Shown here one piece after another: positions 12,318-22,172 of a DNA stretch of 64,000 nucleotides. The DNA is taken from positions 4,256,001 through 4,320,000 of the forward strand of contig CAVWVQ010000003.1 in NCBI GenBank assembly GCA_963758525.1, given 5' to 3'. The notes beneath the pieces are model-generated. The model searched no databases. It saw only the letters and a program-made list of their open reading frames with translations, and had not been told where the DNA came from. Position numbers and translations under genes: made by a program. This DNA comes from an uncultured Phycisphaerales bacterium. Lineage in GTDB: Bacteria > Planctomycetota > Phycisphaerae > Tepidisphaerales > Tepidisphaeraceae. Every line of letters starts with the position of its first letter. Position 1 is the stretch's first letter.

Positions 12318-13054
12318 GTGCGATCAATCCTTCTCATCGGGCGCACCACCGAGCGGGCCAGCCGCTTGAGGCCGTGGAACATTCTCGACCGAAGCGTCAC
12401 GGCCTTGGTGCCGGTGATGTCTTCCATCTCCGCATACGAAAGATCCTGGAAAATCCCCAGCACGATCACTTCCTTCTGATCCGTCGGCAGCGTATCGAGC
12501 GCCACCAGAACGCGGGCGATTTCTTCCTGTTTCTCCACGTCGTCGGTTGCCCTTGCCGCCACCTGGTAGGGATCGCCGCTGATGTCCATGCCGTCGAGAT
12601 GGAGCTCGGTGATGTTGCGGATCGGACTTCGGCGTCTGCGGCGCGATTGATTGATTGCCAGGTTGCGGGTGATGGTGAAGAGCCAGGTGGAGAACTTCTG
12701 GGGATAGCGATAGGTCAGGCGGAAGCGAAAAGCGCGGAGAAAAACCTCCTGGCCGATCGACTCGACGTCCTCAAGATTGCCAAGCATTCGATACAGATAA
12801 GAGAGCACCGACGTGCTATAGCGTTCGTACAGGAGTGAAAACGCCTGGCGATCGTCCTCCTGGGTTCGGCGCATCAGATCTTCATCGGAGGAGCGTCCCA
12901 ACGGCGCCGACTTCAGATCGTCATGTCCGACGGGGACGGCAGGGGGCGGCGCCGGACGCGCGGGGGCCGGCGGGGGGGCCGCGGGAGGCTTCGGCGCACG
13001 AGCGGCGCCGTTTCGGGTGCCGTCTCGAGCATGTCGGTTCGTTTCCGATCGCAT
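12314..13054 (-). CDS. ECF RNA polymerase sigma factor
   Basis: AFSLLYERY, QEVFLRAF, FSTWLFTITRN, LSYAEM..VTLRSRMFHG (regions 2 and 4). Confidence 0.92.
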   Translation of the reverse strand: MRSETNRHARDGTRNGAARAPKPPAAPPPAPARPAPPPAVPVGHDDLKSAPLGRSSDEDLMRRTQEDDRQAFSLLYERYSTSVLSYLYRMLGNLEDVESIGQEVFLRAFRFRLTYRYPQKFSTWLFTITRNLAINQSRRRRRSPIRNITELHLDGMDISGDPYQVAARATDDVEKQEEIARVLVALDTLPTDQKEVIVLGIFQDLSYAEMEDITGTKAVTLRSRMFHGLKRLARSVVRPMRRIDRT

Positions 13055-13169
13055 GGAATGGCCAGCTTCCCGCCGCGCTCGCTCTGCCCGTGAATTGCAG
13101 CGCCGCCGATCCTAGTCTATCTGGTGCGCGGGTCAACGGGAGGGATGGTTCAAGCGTTCGCATTAAGTC

Positions 13170-13390
13170 ACCGAGGCACGAAGGCACGGAGGCACGGAGG
13201 GTGAGGAAGGGGATGTAATGAATCTTAAGAGATCCCCGAACAGACGATGCACGTTGGCGGAAGGCGCGAGGCCGGAAAAAAAGCCTCTGCCGCGCAGCGT
13301 CGTTCCCTTCGTGCCTTCGTGCCTTCGTGCCTTGATCCGAGGATTCGAGCTTCGTCATTCGGATTTTCCTGAACCTTGAGCCCTGAACTC
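13170..13390. repeat. Inverted octamer-repeat element (CACGAAGG)n/(CCTTCGTG)n
   Basis: caccgaggcacgaaggcacggaggcacggagg ... ccttcgtgccttcgtgccttcgtgcc. Confidence 0.65.
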
Positions 13391-13418
13391 TGACGCCCTC
13401 CCCTCGTTCTGCTATACT
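13390..13418 (+). promoter_or_regulatory. Sigma70-type promoter of rnpB
   Basis: CTGACG, 17-bp spacer, extended -10 TGcTATACT just before the RNA 5' end. Confidence 0.6.
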
Positions 13419-13424
13419 CGTTGT

Positions 13425-13936
13425 GGAAGCGGCGGTCGTGGCGGTCGCGTCCCCTTCGCGGGGGATGAGGAAAGTCCGAACTGCGGGGCTTCAATCCCCG
13501 GGGCACGGTGCTTGATAACGTCAAGGCGGAGCAATCCGACGGAAAGTGCAACAGAAAGATACCGCCCGCCGGCTCGCTGGTTTTGGGGCTCAGGGTGTCA
13601 GGGTTCAGGGTTCGAGATGAGGCAGCTTTCCTCCCACTGAACCCTGAACCCTGACCCCTGAACCTACAAAGCAGCGAGCCGGCGGGTAAGGGTGAAATGG
13701 TGCGGTAAGAGCGCACCGCGTTCGGGGTGACTCGGACGGCATGGCAAACCCCACCGGCAGCAAGACCGAATAAGCGGAGAGCCCTTGCCTCAGGGCGCTT
13801 CCGACTCACGTCGGAAACATCCGCGGGTAGGTCGCTAGAGGCGCGCGGCAACGCGCGTCCCAGAGAAATGATCGCCTCTCCTCGCGGCAGCAATGCCGTG
13901 GGGGGAAACAGAATTCGGCTTACACCCCGCCGCCCC
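13425..13936 (+). ncRNA. rnpB: RNase P RNA, bacterial type A, with extended P12
   Basis: GAGGAAAGTCCG, GGAAAGTGCAACAGAAA, GGTAAGGGTGAAA..GCGGTAAGAGC, GGCAAACCCCAC..GCAAG, AGAGAAATGATC, AACAGAATTCGGCTTA; P1 gcggcgg/ccgccgc. Confidence 0.95.
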
Positions 13937-13944
13937 AAACAGAT

Positions 13945-13983
13945 CGGCGGCGGCTCCCATCGGAGCCGCCGCCGTCTTTGTTT
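13945..13983. terminator. Intrinsic terminator after rnpB, probably bidirectional
   Basis: ggcggcggctcc-catc-ggagccgccgcc followed by gtctttgttt. Confidence 0.75.
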
Positions 13984-13997
13984 CAATCTGCGTCTGC

Positions 13998-14213
13998 TTA
14001 CGCATAAATGTCGAGCGACGCACCCAGGCCGGTCGCTGCCGCCGCCAATTCATCGCCCGCGTGTGCAACCGAGCTGTCGGCGGCCTCAAGCAGCTGCGCG
14101 GCGGAAGAACCTTCTGATCTTTGATTCTGCAGAATCCTTGCCGCCACGGCGATCTGCACGCTCGCCAGCGTCTTGGCTTGCTGAAGGTTGGTGAAGGCGG
14201 ATACAAGGTCCAT
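13998..14213 (-). CDS. Small YjfB-like putative motility protein
   Basis: 71 aa helical protein, MDLVSAF..SVQIAVAARIL..GLGASLDIYA; GCCGATAG lies upstream. Confidence 0.6.
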   Translation of the reverse strand: MDLVSAFTNLQQAKTLASVQIAVAARILQNQRSEGSSAAQLLEAADSSVAHAGDELAAAATGLGASLDIYA

Positions 14214-14278
14214 ATTGGCGCACTCAGCTATCACTATCGGCCCACGTACGCCCGAAAGCGAAAAAAATATTACGAATG

Positions 14279-14320
14279 GTTAGGTTTCTGTTTGACAAAC
14301 ACTCACCAAACGACGACAAT
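14279..14320 (+). promoter_or_regulatory. lexA promoter with two candidate LexA boxes
   Basis: TTGACA(14292)-17bp-GACAAT(14315); GTTAGGtttctGTTTG at 14279-14294 and its reverse-strand counterpart at 14296-14311. Confidence 0.65.
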
Positions 14321-14626
14321 GTGAAAGGACATGAGCCATGAGCGAACCGATCCTCAACGAACCATCGGTGTCCGGCGATCTGACGCGCGAGCAGGTCGAG
14401 GAACTCGTCGAGAACGATTCGTCCCTGGCTCCCGTGGCAACGTCGGAACTCATGGTGGAGTCCGCCGTGCTCGAACCCTGCGAGGTTCAGGCACTCCTCG
14501 ACGGTTTGGGCAGTTTGCTGGCCGATGCCGCGGAATTGCTTTCGGACACGCTCCCGGGCGCACTTCCGGCAACGCTGCCGGGCGATGGTGCAGCCAATCT
14601 CCCGGGAAATCTCAAGGACGGCTCTT

Positions 14627-15238
14627 ATGAATCTCACTCCTCGTCAGGTGGACGTACTGGTGGCGATCCGCGATTACCGGCACTTGCATGGCTATTCGCC
14701 AACCATGCAGGAGCTGGCCGACCAGCTCGGAACCAGCAAAGTCACAATCTTCGAGCACGTCGGCGCTTTGGAAAAAAAGCGGGTATTGCGCCGGGACCGG
14801 CACAAGGCTCGCTCTTTGGAGATCGTGGGGGATGAAAAGCTCCCCGACGAAAATCGCGGTACCAAACTGCCCCTCCTCGGATCCATCGCCGCCGGCTCTC
14901 CGATCGAAGCCGTCGAAAACCGCGAGGAACTCGATCTCGAACAACTGTTCAGCTCCCGCAACGGCGTCTACGTGCTCCGCGTGCGCGGCGAATCGATGAT
15001 TGATGACCATCTCTGCGACGGCGACTACGTTGTCATTGAGCGGCGCGAAACCGCCCGCAACGGCGAGCAGGTCGTCGCGCTGCTCGACAGCGGAGAGGCC
15101 ACGCTCAAACGCTTTTACCGGGAGGGGAGCAAGATTCGCCTGCAGCCCGCCAATCGGACGATGGAGCCGCGCATTGTGGACGCCGATCGGTGCCGCGTGC
15201 AGGGTGTCGTGATCGGTGTTTTGAGAAGTTACAACTAA
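14627..15238 (+). CDS. lexA: SOS repressor LexA
   Basis: MNLTPRQ wHTH (YSPTMQEL), IAAG cleavage site, VRGESM catalytic Ser, ATLKR catalytic Lys. Confidence 0.95.
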   Translation: MNLTPRQVDVLVAIRDYRHLHGYSPTMQELADQLGTSKVTIFEHVGALEKKRVLRRDRHKARSLEIVGDEKLPDENRGTKLPLLGSIAAGSPIEAVENREELDLEQLFSSRNGVYVLRVRGESMIDDHLCDGDYVVIERRETARNGEQVVALLDSGEATLKRFYREGSKIRLQPANRTMEPRIVDADRCRVQGVVIGVLRSYN

Positions 15239-15473
15239 ATAACTTTGCGCGATGACGCGCCTCCCAAAGTCGTCGCGTCGACACCCGGCGGTGAAGCGCC
15301 ACAGAAGCCGCGGATGTACATCCGCGGCTGCGAGCAGCTTCCGCCAGGCCGGACGAGGGATGCTCCGTCGATCGTCCGCACGAATTTTCTTGGTTCGGCC
15401 GGGATGCGCCAATATCCCTGCCGTCATCATTTCCGTTTTCCCGTCATGGAAGACGCATTGTGAAGGAGTGCCC

Positions 15474-15881
15474 ATGCCAGCAGCACCGCCCAAGCGCCCT
15501 GAGTCTGTTGAATCCTCTGGTCCCGCCTCGGCAAAGAGCGTCAAGCCCGAGCCCGAGATCCTGTTTCAGAAGTTCTTCAAATCCGTCGGTCCGCGCACAT
15601 ACGCCGCCCAGGTGAAGCGCGCCGGAAACGGCAACCATTTTTTGGTGCTCACCGAAGGCAAGCGCGACGACAAGACCGGCGAAGTCCGCAAGACGAAGTT
15701 GTTTGTCTTCAGCGAAGATTTCTCCGCCATGTTCCGCATGTTGCATGAAACCGCCCAGTTCATTAAGGCCAATCCCGTTCCCGACGATGTCCGTAAGCGT
15801 CGCGAGCGCCACTGGGCCAAAAACGGCGACGGAGACACCAGCAGCGCGCCCCGGCCGCCGAGAGCTCGCGCACGAGCTTGA
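15474..15881 (+). CDS. PUR/DUF3276-like nucleic-acid-binding protein
   Basis: RTYAAQVK..NHFLVLTEGKR..KLFVFSEDF pattern; SD AAGGAG. Confidence 0.7.
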   Translation: MPAAPPKRPESVESSGPASAKSVKPEPEILFQKFFKSVGPRTYAAQVKRAGNGNHFLVLTEGKRDDKTGEVRKTKLFVFSEDFSAMFRMLHETAQFIKANPVPDDVRKRRERHWAKNGDGDTSSAPRPPRARARA

Positions 15882-16312
15882 GGGCCTTGGGCGATTACGC
15901 ATCGCCGACGCCGCGCTGTGCGGGGCCGCACCGCTGCGCGGCGCCGTCCCTGCGTCTGGCACTGGGTCGCGTGGGTGACGTCTCTTTCCAGAGCAGAAAT
16001 GTCCAAGGCCCAATGGCCAACAAAGGTCCAAGGCCCAAGGCTGGTTCTCCCATTGGTCATTGCGATTGGGACGGACTAAAACGCGCAACACGGTGAGCTG
16101 GAAGCCCGTACCCGTGGCACGGGCATCTTGCCGGTGCTGGCCGCGCCGGACTGACCAGTTGCGCTGACTTGCATCGCCCCACGCTCTGTCTCTTCTTCGC
16201 CTCTGCCTGTGCCGAGCAACGCCAAAGAGTCTTTTCACCTTCGCGCCTTTTCGCTTTGCCGCTTGTCCGCAGTGTCTTTCACTTCCAGCGCTGATTTCAT
16301 ACAACATCCTTC

Positions 16313-17527
16313 ATGGCGATGCTTCACCTTCTCTCGCCGCGCGGCTTTCGTGCCGCGGCGGTGGCCGCGGGGCTCAAGACCACGGGCAAGGCCGACGTTG
16401 GAATTCTCACGGCGGTCCGTCCGGTTTCCGCCGCGGCGGTCTTTACGACAAACAAGGTGTTTGCTGCGCCGATTCAAGTCGGCAGAGAGCACATCGCCGG
16501 TGGGAAGCTTCAGGCAGTTGTCGTCAATTCCGGCAATGCGAACGCCTGCACCGGCGCCAGCGGGCTGCGGGATGCGCGGGCGATGTGCGCGTTGTCCGCG
16601 CGGCTGCTGGGCTGTGATGCGAAGTCGGTCCTGCCGTCTTCGACGGGGATCATCGGCCATCATCTTCCGATGGACAAAATCGAGCGGGGGATTGCCGGTG
16701 CGGCGGCGGCGCTGGGAGACTCCCACGAGCACGCCCTGGATTTTGCCGAGGCGATTTTGACGACAGACCTGACCCGCAAATCCGCCGCCGTCGAGGTGAA
16801 GATCGGCGGGCAGACCGTTCGACTCGCGGGCGTCTGCAAGGGGAGCGGAATGATCGGCCCGCGCATGGCCCCTGACGTGCCGCATGCAACGATGCTGGCC
16901 TATCTCACGACCGACGCCGTCGCCCCCGCGCGAATGCTGGGGAAATTGCTGGCTCGCGCAACCGACGGAAGCTTTAACGCCGTCACAGTCGACGACCACA
17001 TGAGCACCAATGACACCGCCGTGCTGCTCGCATCGGGCGCGTCTGACGCGAAACTGAATTCCCCGCGCGCGATCCGGCTGTTTGCCGATGCGCTCGACGA
17101 GGTCTGCCAGTCGCTGGCTTACCAGATTGCCGCTGATGGCGAGGGAGCGACGAAGGTGGTGAAAATTGTCGTGCGATCGGCCGACTCCGTTGCGTCTGCC
17201 CGTGCGATCGCCAGGGCGATCGCCAATTCGCCCCTGGTGAAGTGCGCGATGCATGGCAACGATCCCAACTGGGGGCGCATCGTTTCAGCCGCGGGTCTTG
17301 CGGGGGTGCCGTATGATCCGGATCGTTCGACGCTGACGCTCCAGCGAACCGCCGTCTTTCGCAACGGGCGGCCGCTGGTCTTTGACGCAGTCGAACTCAG
17401 CAAAGCGCTTGCCGTGAAGGAAGTGGTCGTCGATCTGACCTGCCGGCTGGGCACAGCGGAGGCAACCTGCTGGACGTGCGACCTTTCCAAAGAGTATGTG
17501 ACGATCAATGCGGACTACCACACGTGA
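16313..17527 (+). CDS. argJ: Bifunctional ornithine acetyltransferase
   Basis: NSGNANACTG, SSTGIIG, KGSGMI..ATML, STNDT, DGEGATK, DPNWGRI, INADYHT. Confidence 0.97.
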   Translation: MAMLHLLSPRGFRAAAVAAGLKTTGKADVGILTAVRPVSAAAVFTTNKVFAAPIQVGREHIAGGKLQAVVVNSGNANACTGASGLRDARAMCALSARLLGCDAKSVLPSSTGIIGHHLPMDKIERGIAGAAAALGDSHEHALDFAEAILTTDLTRKSAAVEVKIGGQTVRLAGVCKGSGMIGPRMAPDVPHATMLAYLTTDAVAPARMLGKLLARATDGSFNAVTVDDHMSTNDTAVLLASGASDAKLNSPRAIRLFADALDEVCQSLAYQIAADGEGATKVVKIVVRSADSVASARAIARAIANSPLVKCAMHGNDPNWGRIVSAAGLAGVPYDPDRSTLTLQRTAVFRNGRPLVFDAVELSKALAVKEVVVDLTCRLGTAEATCWTCDLSKEYVTINADYHT

Positions 17528-17939
17528 GCGGCGGCGCCCCAAAACCCGAATGACGAAACCAGAATCCCCGAATCAAACAATCAAACCAGAATGACGAATG
17601 ACTGAATGAAGAGGCGCGCGTGACAGTAGCGCGCGGTAATATCGGGGATGGCCGGTCTCCCGGCAGCTCGATGTTGCAATCCGCGACCAAGGGTTCGGTT
17701 CGGCTATTGGGTCATTCGTCATTCGGACTTGATTCTGGTTTCTGGTTTCGTCATTCGGGCTTCCGGCGCCTTGCTGCCGACGCGCACAATCTGCCGTTCA
17801 CCCGTTCCCCAATTTGTCCAATAATCCTAAAGCTTTCAGCGCGTCCGGGTCGATGAAGACCCCGGAAGTGGGGCTTTCGTGCGCCACGTCGCGGCCGAAG
17901 GATCGGCTGCTGTTGCCAGCGAACCAAGGAAGGTCGCCA

Positions 17940-19619
17940 ATGCGGACTATCGCAATCATCAATCAGAAGGGCGGCTGCGGTAAGACCACGACGAGCATCA
18001 ATCTCGCCGCGTGTCTTGCGCGCCTCGGGCAGCGCACATTGCTGGTCGACATGGACCCGCAGGGTCACTGCGGTGTCGGATTGGCCGTCCCCGAAGAGCA
18101 GATCGAACGAACCATTTTCGACGCGCTCATTGAAGAGCGCGACGGGAAGGTCGCGAAGATCACCGAACTGGTCTGGCAAATCGCCAGCGACTTCGATCTG
18201 GCGCCGTCCAACCTCAAGCTCGCGGCGTTCGAGCAGGTCTTCTCCGGGCGGCACGGTCGCGAGGACCGGCTGGCCAAAGCGCTGGAATCGGCCGCCTCCA
18301 CCTACTCGTGGTGCATCATCGACTGCCCGCCCAGCGTCGGGCTCATCACGTTCAACGCCCTGCGCGCCTGCGACGAAGCGATTGTGCCGGTGGAAACCGG
18401 CTACTTCAGTCTGCACGGGCTGACCAAGATGATGGAGACGCTCGAGGAGATGCGCGAGCGGTGCAGCAAGATCATCAACATCCGCGTCCTCCCCACGCTC
18501 TACGACACGCGCACCAAACTCGCCCGCGAAGTGCTCTCCGAACTGCGGGCCAAGTTCAAGAGCTATCTGATGGAGAGCACGGTCAACTTCAATACCAAGC
18601 TGAAGGAAGCCGCCAGCTTCGGACAGCCGATCACCGAATACGATCCGGGCAGCCGCGGGTACAAGGATTTTGTGAACCTCGCCCGCGAGTTGATGGGACA
18701 CCGTCCCGCCGACGTCGAGCCGGTGGCGGAAAAGCTCTCCCGTCCGCAGGAACTGGTGCAGCGCGCCAAGCAATTGGCTCAGTTGTCACAGTTTCAGTTC
18801 AAGGGGACGAGCATTCCGATGCCGACGACGGCCGCGCCGATCACTTCGGCGGCAACGACAGCGCCATTCTCCGCGCCCGCGATGACGATCAATCCGCTGC
18901 CGTCGGCTCCCGCGCGATTCCCCGAGGTGATTCCAGCATTCACCATCGACCGCCCGGCAGCTCCCATTCCGTCGCTTGCGCCGACGTCGCCCATGCCGCT
19001 GGCGGCTCCAGTCGCTGCGACGGCGCAGACTGCTCCGACGATGCAGGGTGCAGCGCCGGCGCAGACCGCGACGACAGGGCAGGCCGCTCCAATTACGCCC
19101 GCCGCCCGTCCCTCGAATCCGGTCAATCCCGATCCATTTGTTTCCGGACCGCTTCCAATGGCTCCCCGTCCCGCGGTGCCGCGGCCGCAAGTGCCGCCGA
19201 TGCCGCAGGGAATGCCCGCACTGCGGATCACTGAATCGATCGCCCCGATGTCGGCGGCGGCCCCGCGACCGTCGATGTTCATCGGCGCGGCTCCCCAGCC
19301 GATGCCGATGAAGACGACGGAACAGAAGCTCGAGGAGTTCTACGGGGTGAAGCAACTGGGCAACGAGGTCTTCTTCAGCTCGAGGTTCGAGACCGCCCGC
19401 CAGGTGCTGGTCGCCGGCGACTTCAACAACTGGTCGCCGATGGTCACCCCCATGCACCGCAACGAAAGGCCTGGCGAATGGACGATGAAGCTTCCACTGC
19501 TGCCCGGCCGATATCGCTACAGGCTGGTGGTCGACGGACGGTGGATGACCGATCCGCACAACAAGTACGTCGAGGTCAACCAGTTTGGCGAACTGAACAA
19601 CATCGTTGAGGTGGAATAA
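17940..19619 (+). CDS. ParA family ATPase fused through a Pro/Ala linker to a C-terminal CBM48/AMPK-beta-like glycogen-binding domain
   Basis: NQKGGCGKTT, DMDPQG, IDCPPS; C-terminus VLVAGDFNNW..W...L.LLPGRYRYRLVVDGRW..DP.N. Confidence 0.85.
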   Translation: MRTIAIINQKGGCGKTTTSINLAACLARLGQRTLLVDMDPQGHCGVGLAVPEEQIERTIFDALIEERDGKVAKITELVWQIASDFDLAPSNLKLAAFEQVFSGRHGREDRLAKALESAASTYSWCIIDCPPSVGLITFNALRACDEAIVPVETGYFSLHGLTKMMETLEEMRERCSKIINIRVLPTLYDTRTKLAREVLSELRAKFKSYLMESTVNFNTKLKEAASFGQPITEYDPGSRGYKDFVNLARELMGHRPADVEPVAEKLSRPQELVQRAKQLAQLSQFQFKGTSIPMPTTAAPITSAATTAPFSAPAMTINPLPSAPARFPEVIPAFTIDRPAAPIPSLAPTSPMPLAAPVAATAQTAPTMQGAAPAQTATTGQAAPITPAARPSNPVNPDPFVSGPLPMAPRPAVPRPQVPPMPQGMPALRITESIAPMSAAAPRPSMFIGAAPQPMPMKTTEQKLEEFYGVKQLGNEVFFSSRFETARQVLVAGDFNNWSPMVTPMHRNERPGEWTMKLPLLPGRYRYRLVVDGRWMTDPHNKYVEVNQFGELNNIVEVE

Positions 19620-21049
19620 TGGAACCAAACGATCCGAATCGCCGCGGCCTCAGCGAGATCAGCCATCTGTTTCTCAGCAGTGTTCGCGATCGTCAGACCC
19701 AGGGCGCTCCCCGGCCCACGCGCGTGCCGCCGCCCAAGGCGCCGGTCAATATCGACCTGGCTCCTGAAGAGCTGGCGCAATCCGCGCCCGCCCCCGCGCC
19801 GGCGGTCAACGCCTCCGACCCCGTTCATGCTCCGCCGATCACGGCGGTGCTCGCCTCGCATCTCAACAGCAAGCAATCCGAATACGTCATGCGCTATGCG
19901 CGGCACCTGGCCGCCCGTTGCGGCCGGGTCGGCGCCATCGAAGTGGGCGCCACCGATCTGCGGCTCATGTGCTTCGATCCCAGCGGCGCCCCCGGCGGTG
20001 AGCAGACTGCCGACGCGAGCGACGAACGTCAGGTTTCCGAAGCGCTGGCCGAGCTGAACTGCGATGTGAACCACTGGCTGGTGCTGGCCGCTCCGGTGCG
20101 CAGCGCCGAGGCGATGGAGCTTTTCGGCAAGATAGAGCGGTGGGTGCTCCTGAGCACGTGCGATCACGACGGGATCGTCGCCAGCTACCGCATGCTCAAG
20201 GGCCTGTCGGAGAACACCGCTTCACGTCCGCGACTTTCGCTGGCATTGCTGGATGCGACCGACGAAGCTGAAGCGGCCCGAGTTGCCGGGAAGCTTGGCA
20301 GCGTCTGCCGGGAATTTCTGGATTGGGGCCTCGAATGCGAAGGAACCATCGCCAGGTCCGCCCGCGTGGCGGAGCACGTGGTTCTCAACGCGCACTTGGG
20401 CGCGCCGTTCGCGGCGGTTGCGGGGTTCGTCGCGCAGTGCCAGTCGGTACAGCCTGTTGAGCCGCCGCAACCGGCGCCGGCCAAGGACCAAGCCATGGAT
20501 GAAGGCACGCGTCAGCTCATTGCTGAACTGGTGATTCCCGCCCAACCGGCGGCACAGGACTTTCCGCGCGTCGCCCAGACGCATGCGGAGCCCGCGGCCG
20601 AGCCGCAGCGGGAGATGCCTGGTGACGTGATCGATCTCGACGGCGCCGACGCGACGCCGGACGCGGTCATCAGCGCGATTCTCAGGCAATCGCCATCCGG
20701 CGCGATCGAATGTCCGGTGCGTGCGCCGATGTGTGCCTCGGCCCGGTTGGCCGTCACCCGCGACAAAGCCCTGGAGCTGTTTGCCGCGACCGAACGCGGG
20801 CTGGGAAATCTTCGCGGCATCGCCCAGGCGTATCGCTGGCTGCTGGAAAACCGGGCATTGATCGCGATGGCGCTGCCCCAACTGGCAGTCGACGCGACGC
20901 GTCTCCCGCGCCTTCGCCTGATTGTCGATCAGGCTGACCTCAGCGCCGAGTTGCTGCACCCCTTGTTCCAGAATGGACAGGTCACCGTGCAGGCGTTCCG
21001 CCGACTGCGATGGGGATCCAAAACCGGACTGCTTCTCGACGCCGCGTAG
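19619..21049 (+). CDS. Hypothetical protein, possibly with a degenerate MinD/FlhG-like domain
   Basis: TAATG coupling to parA; GLSEISHLFLS N-terminal motif; WVLLSTCDHDGIVASYRMLK resembles a FlhG segment; no P-loop. Confidence 0.6.
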   Translation: MEPNDPNRRGLSEISHLFLSSVRDRQTQGAPRPTRVPPPKAPVNIDLAPEELAQSAPAPAPAVNASDPVHAPPITAVLASHLNSKQSEYVMRYARHLAARCGRVGAIEVGATDLRLMCFDPSGAPGGEQTADASDERQVSEALAELNCDVNHWLVLAAPVRSAEAMELFGKIERWVLLSTCDHDGIVASYRMLKGLSENTASRPRLSLALLDATDEAEAARVAGKLGSVCREFLDWGLECEGTIARSARVAEHVVLNAHLGAPFAAVAGFVAQCQSVQPVEPPQPAPAKDQAMDEGTRQLIAELVIPAQPAAQDFPRVAQTHAEPAAEPQREMPGDVIDLDGADATPDAVISAILRQSPSGAIECPVRAPMCASARLAVTRDKALELFAATERGLGNLRGIAQAYRWLLENRALIAMALPQLAVDATRLPRLRLIVDQADLSAELLHPLFQNGQVTVQAFRRLRWGSKTGLLLDAA

Positions 21050-21570
21050 AGCCCGCCGGGAACCGCAGTCGGTTTTCGCTTGAGTTCCCGAAGCACGCCA
21101 CAGCAAAGTTCCCCCTGGTTAGCCGCGACGCGCAGCGGAGCGCGTCCGCCCGCAATGCGTCGTCCTCGCGGAGCTTTCCCGCATCGTCCTGGCAATTAAT
21201 TGCCACCTTCCAGAGTCCGGCGGAACACCGCCGGACTCTTTCTTACGCGCAATGAGCCGAGAAGGCGCGAAGCAGCGAAGACGAACGCGAAGCGCGTAGG
21301 GAACGAAAACGTCCGCAGCGCGGTGGGCTGGAAGCCGCTCCCGTGGCACGGGCAGCTTGCCCGTGCAGGTTGCGTCGGAACTGACGCACTGCGCTGGATC
21401 GCATCGCGGTGCTCTCCACAATCTTTCTCTTCTTCTCGTCTTCCTGCTCCGACCGACGCCGAAGCGTCTTCACGCTCGTAGTTCATTCGCCTCGGCGCCC
21501 CACTTGTCATTCTCCTGTTTTGGTTCGCGCTGTCTTCTCGCCCCGCGGTTTTCCGCTACCATCGGCTCGT

Positions 21571-22167
21571 ATGCCGCAAATCGGATCGTCTCTCCAGCAA
21601 CAGGCGTACACCGGCGTCGTCGTCCTCCTGCTGCTGTCATTCGGGGCGGGGTTTTTTGTCGGTCACCACGGCGGAATTTCCGCTCTCAGCGGAATCCCCG
21701 CCGGCGGCAGCGATCAGGATCTGGCCTGCTGGTTTTCTCCCCGCGGTGGATGCACCAGCGCGGCCGTCGCCGAAATCTCGCGGGCGCAAAAGACCATCCT
21801 CGTGCAGTCCTATACCTTTACCTCCCGCCCCATCGGCGATGCGCTCATCGACGCACGCCATCGCGGAGTGGACGTGACGGTCGTTGCCGACCGCAGCGAG
21901 CAACACGACTCCCACTCGGAGATTTCCACGCTCGACCGCGCGGGGATCCCCGTCTACATCGATTCAAAGCATGCTATTGCGCACAACAAAGTAATGGTGA
22001 TCGACGGCGTGACGGTCATCACCGGAAGTTTCAATTTCACCCACGCGGCGGAATTTGAAAACGCCGACAACCTCCTGGTGATTCACAACCATCCCTCAAT
22101 CGCGCAGGCATACGCCGACAACTTTCAGCATCACCTGTCACACTCGGACCGATACACCGGCGGATAA
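21571..22167 (+). CDS. Phospholipase D/Nuc-family endonuclease (single HKD)
   Basis: FSPRGGC, SYTFTS, AHNKVMVID..VITGSFNFT..NADN; N-terminal TM. Confidence 0.9.
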   Translation: MPQIGSSLQQQAYTGVVVLLLLSFGAGFFVGHHGGISALSGIPAGGSDQDLACWFSPRGGCTSAAVAEISRAQKTILVQSYTFTSRPIGDALIDARHRGVDVTVVADRSEQHDSHSEISTLDRAGIPVYIDSKHAIAHNKVMVIDGVTVITGSFNFTHAAEFENADNLLVIHNHPSIAQAYADNFQHHLSHSDRYTGG

Positions 22168-22172
22168 TCCGC

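Noticed and set aside
13225..13986. 253-aa minus-strand ORF
   Set aside because: It is the antisense shadow of the RNase P RNA and adjacent repeats.
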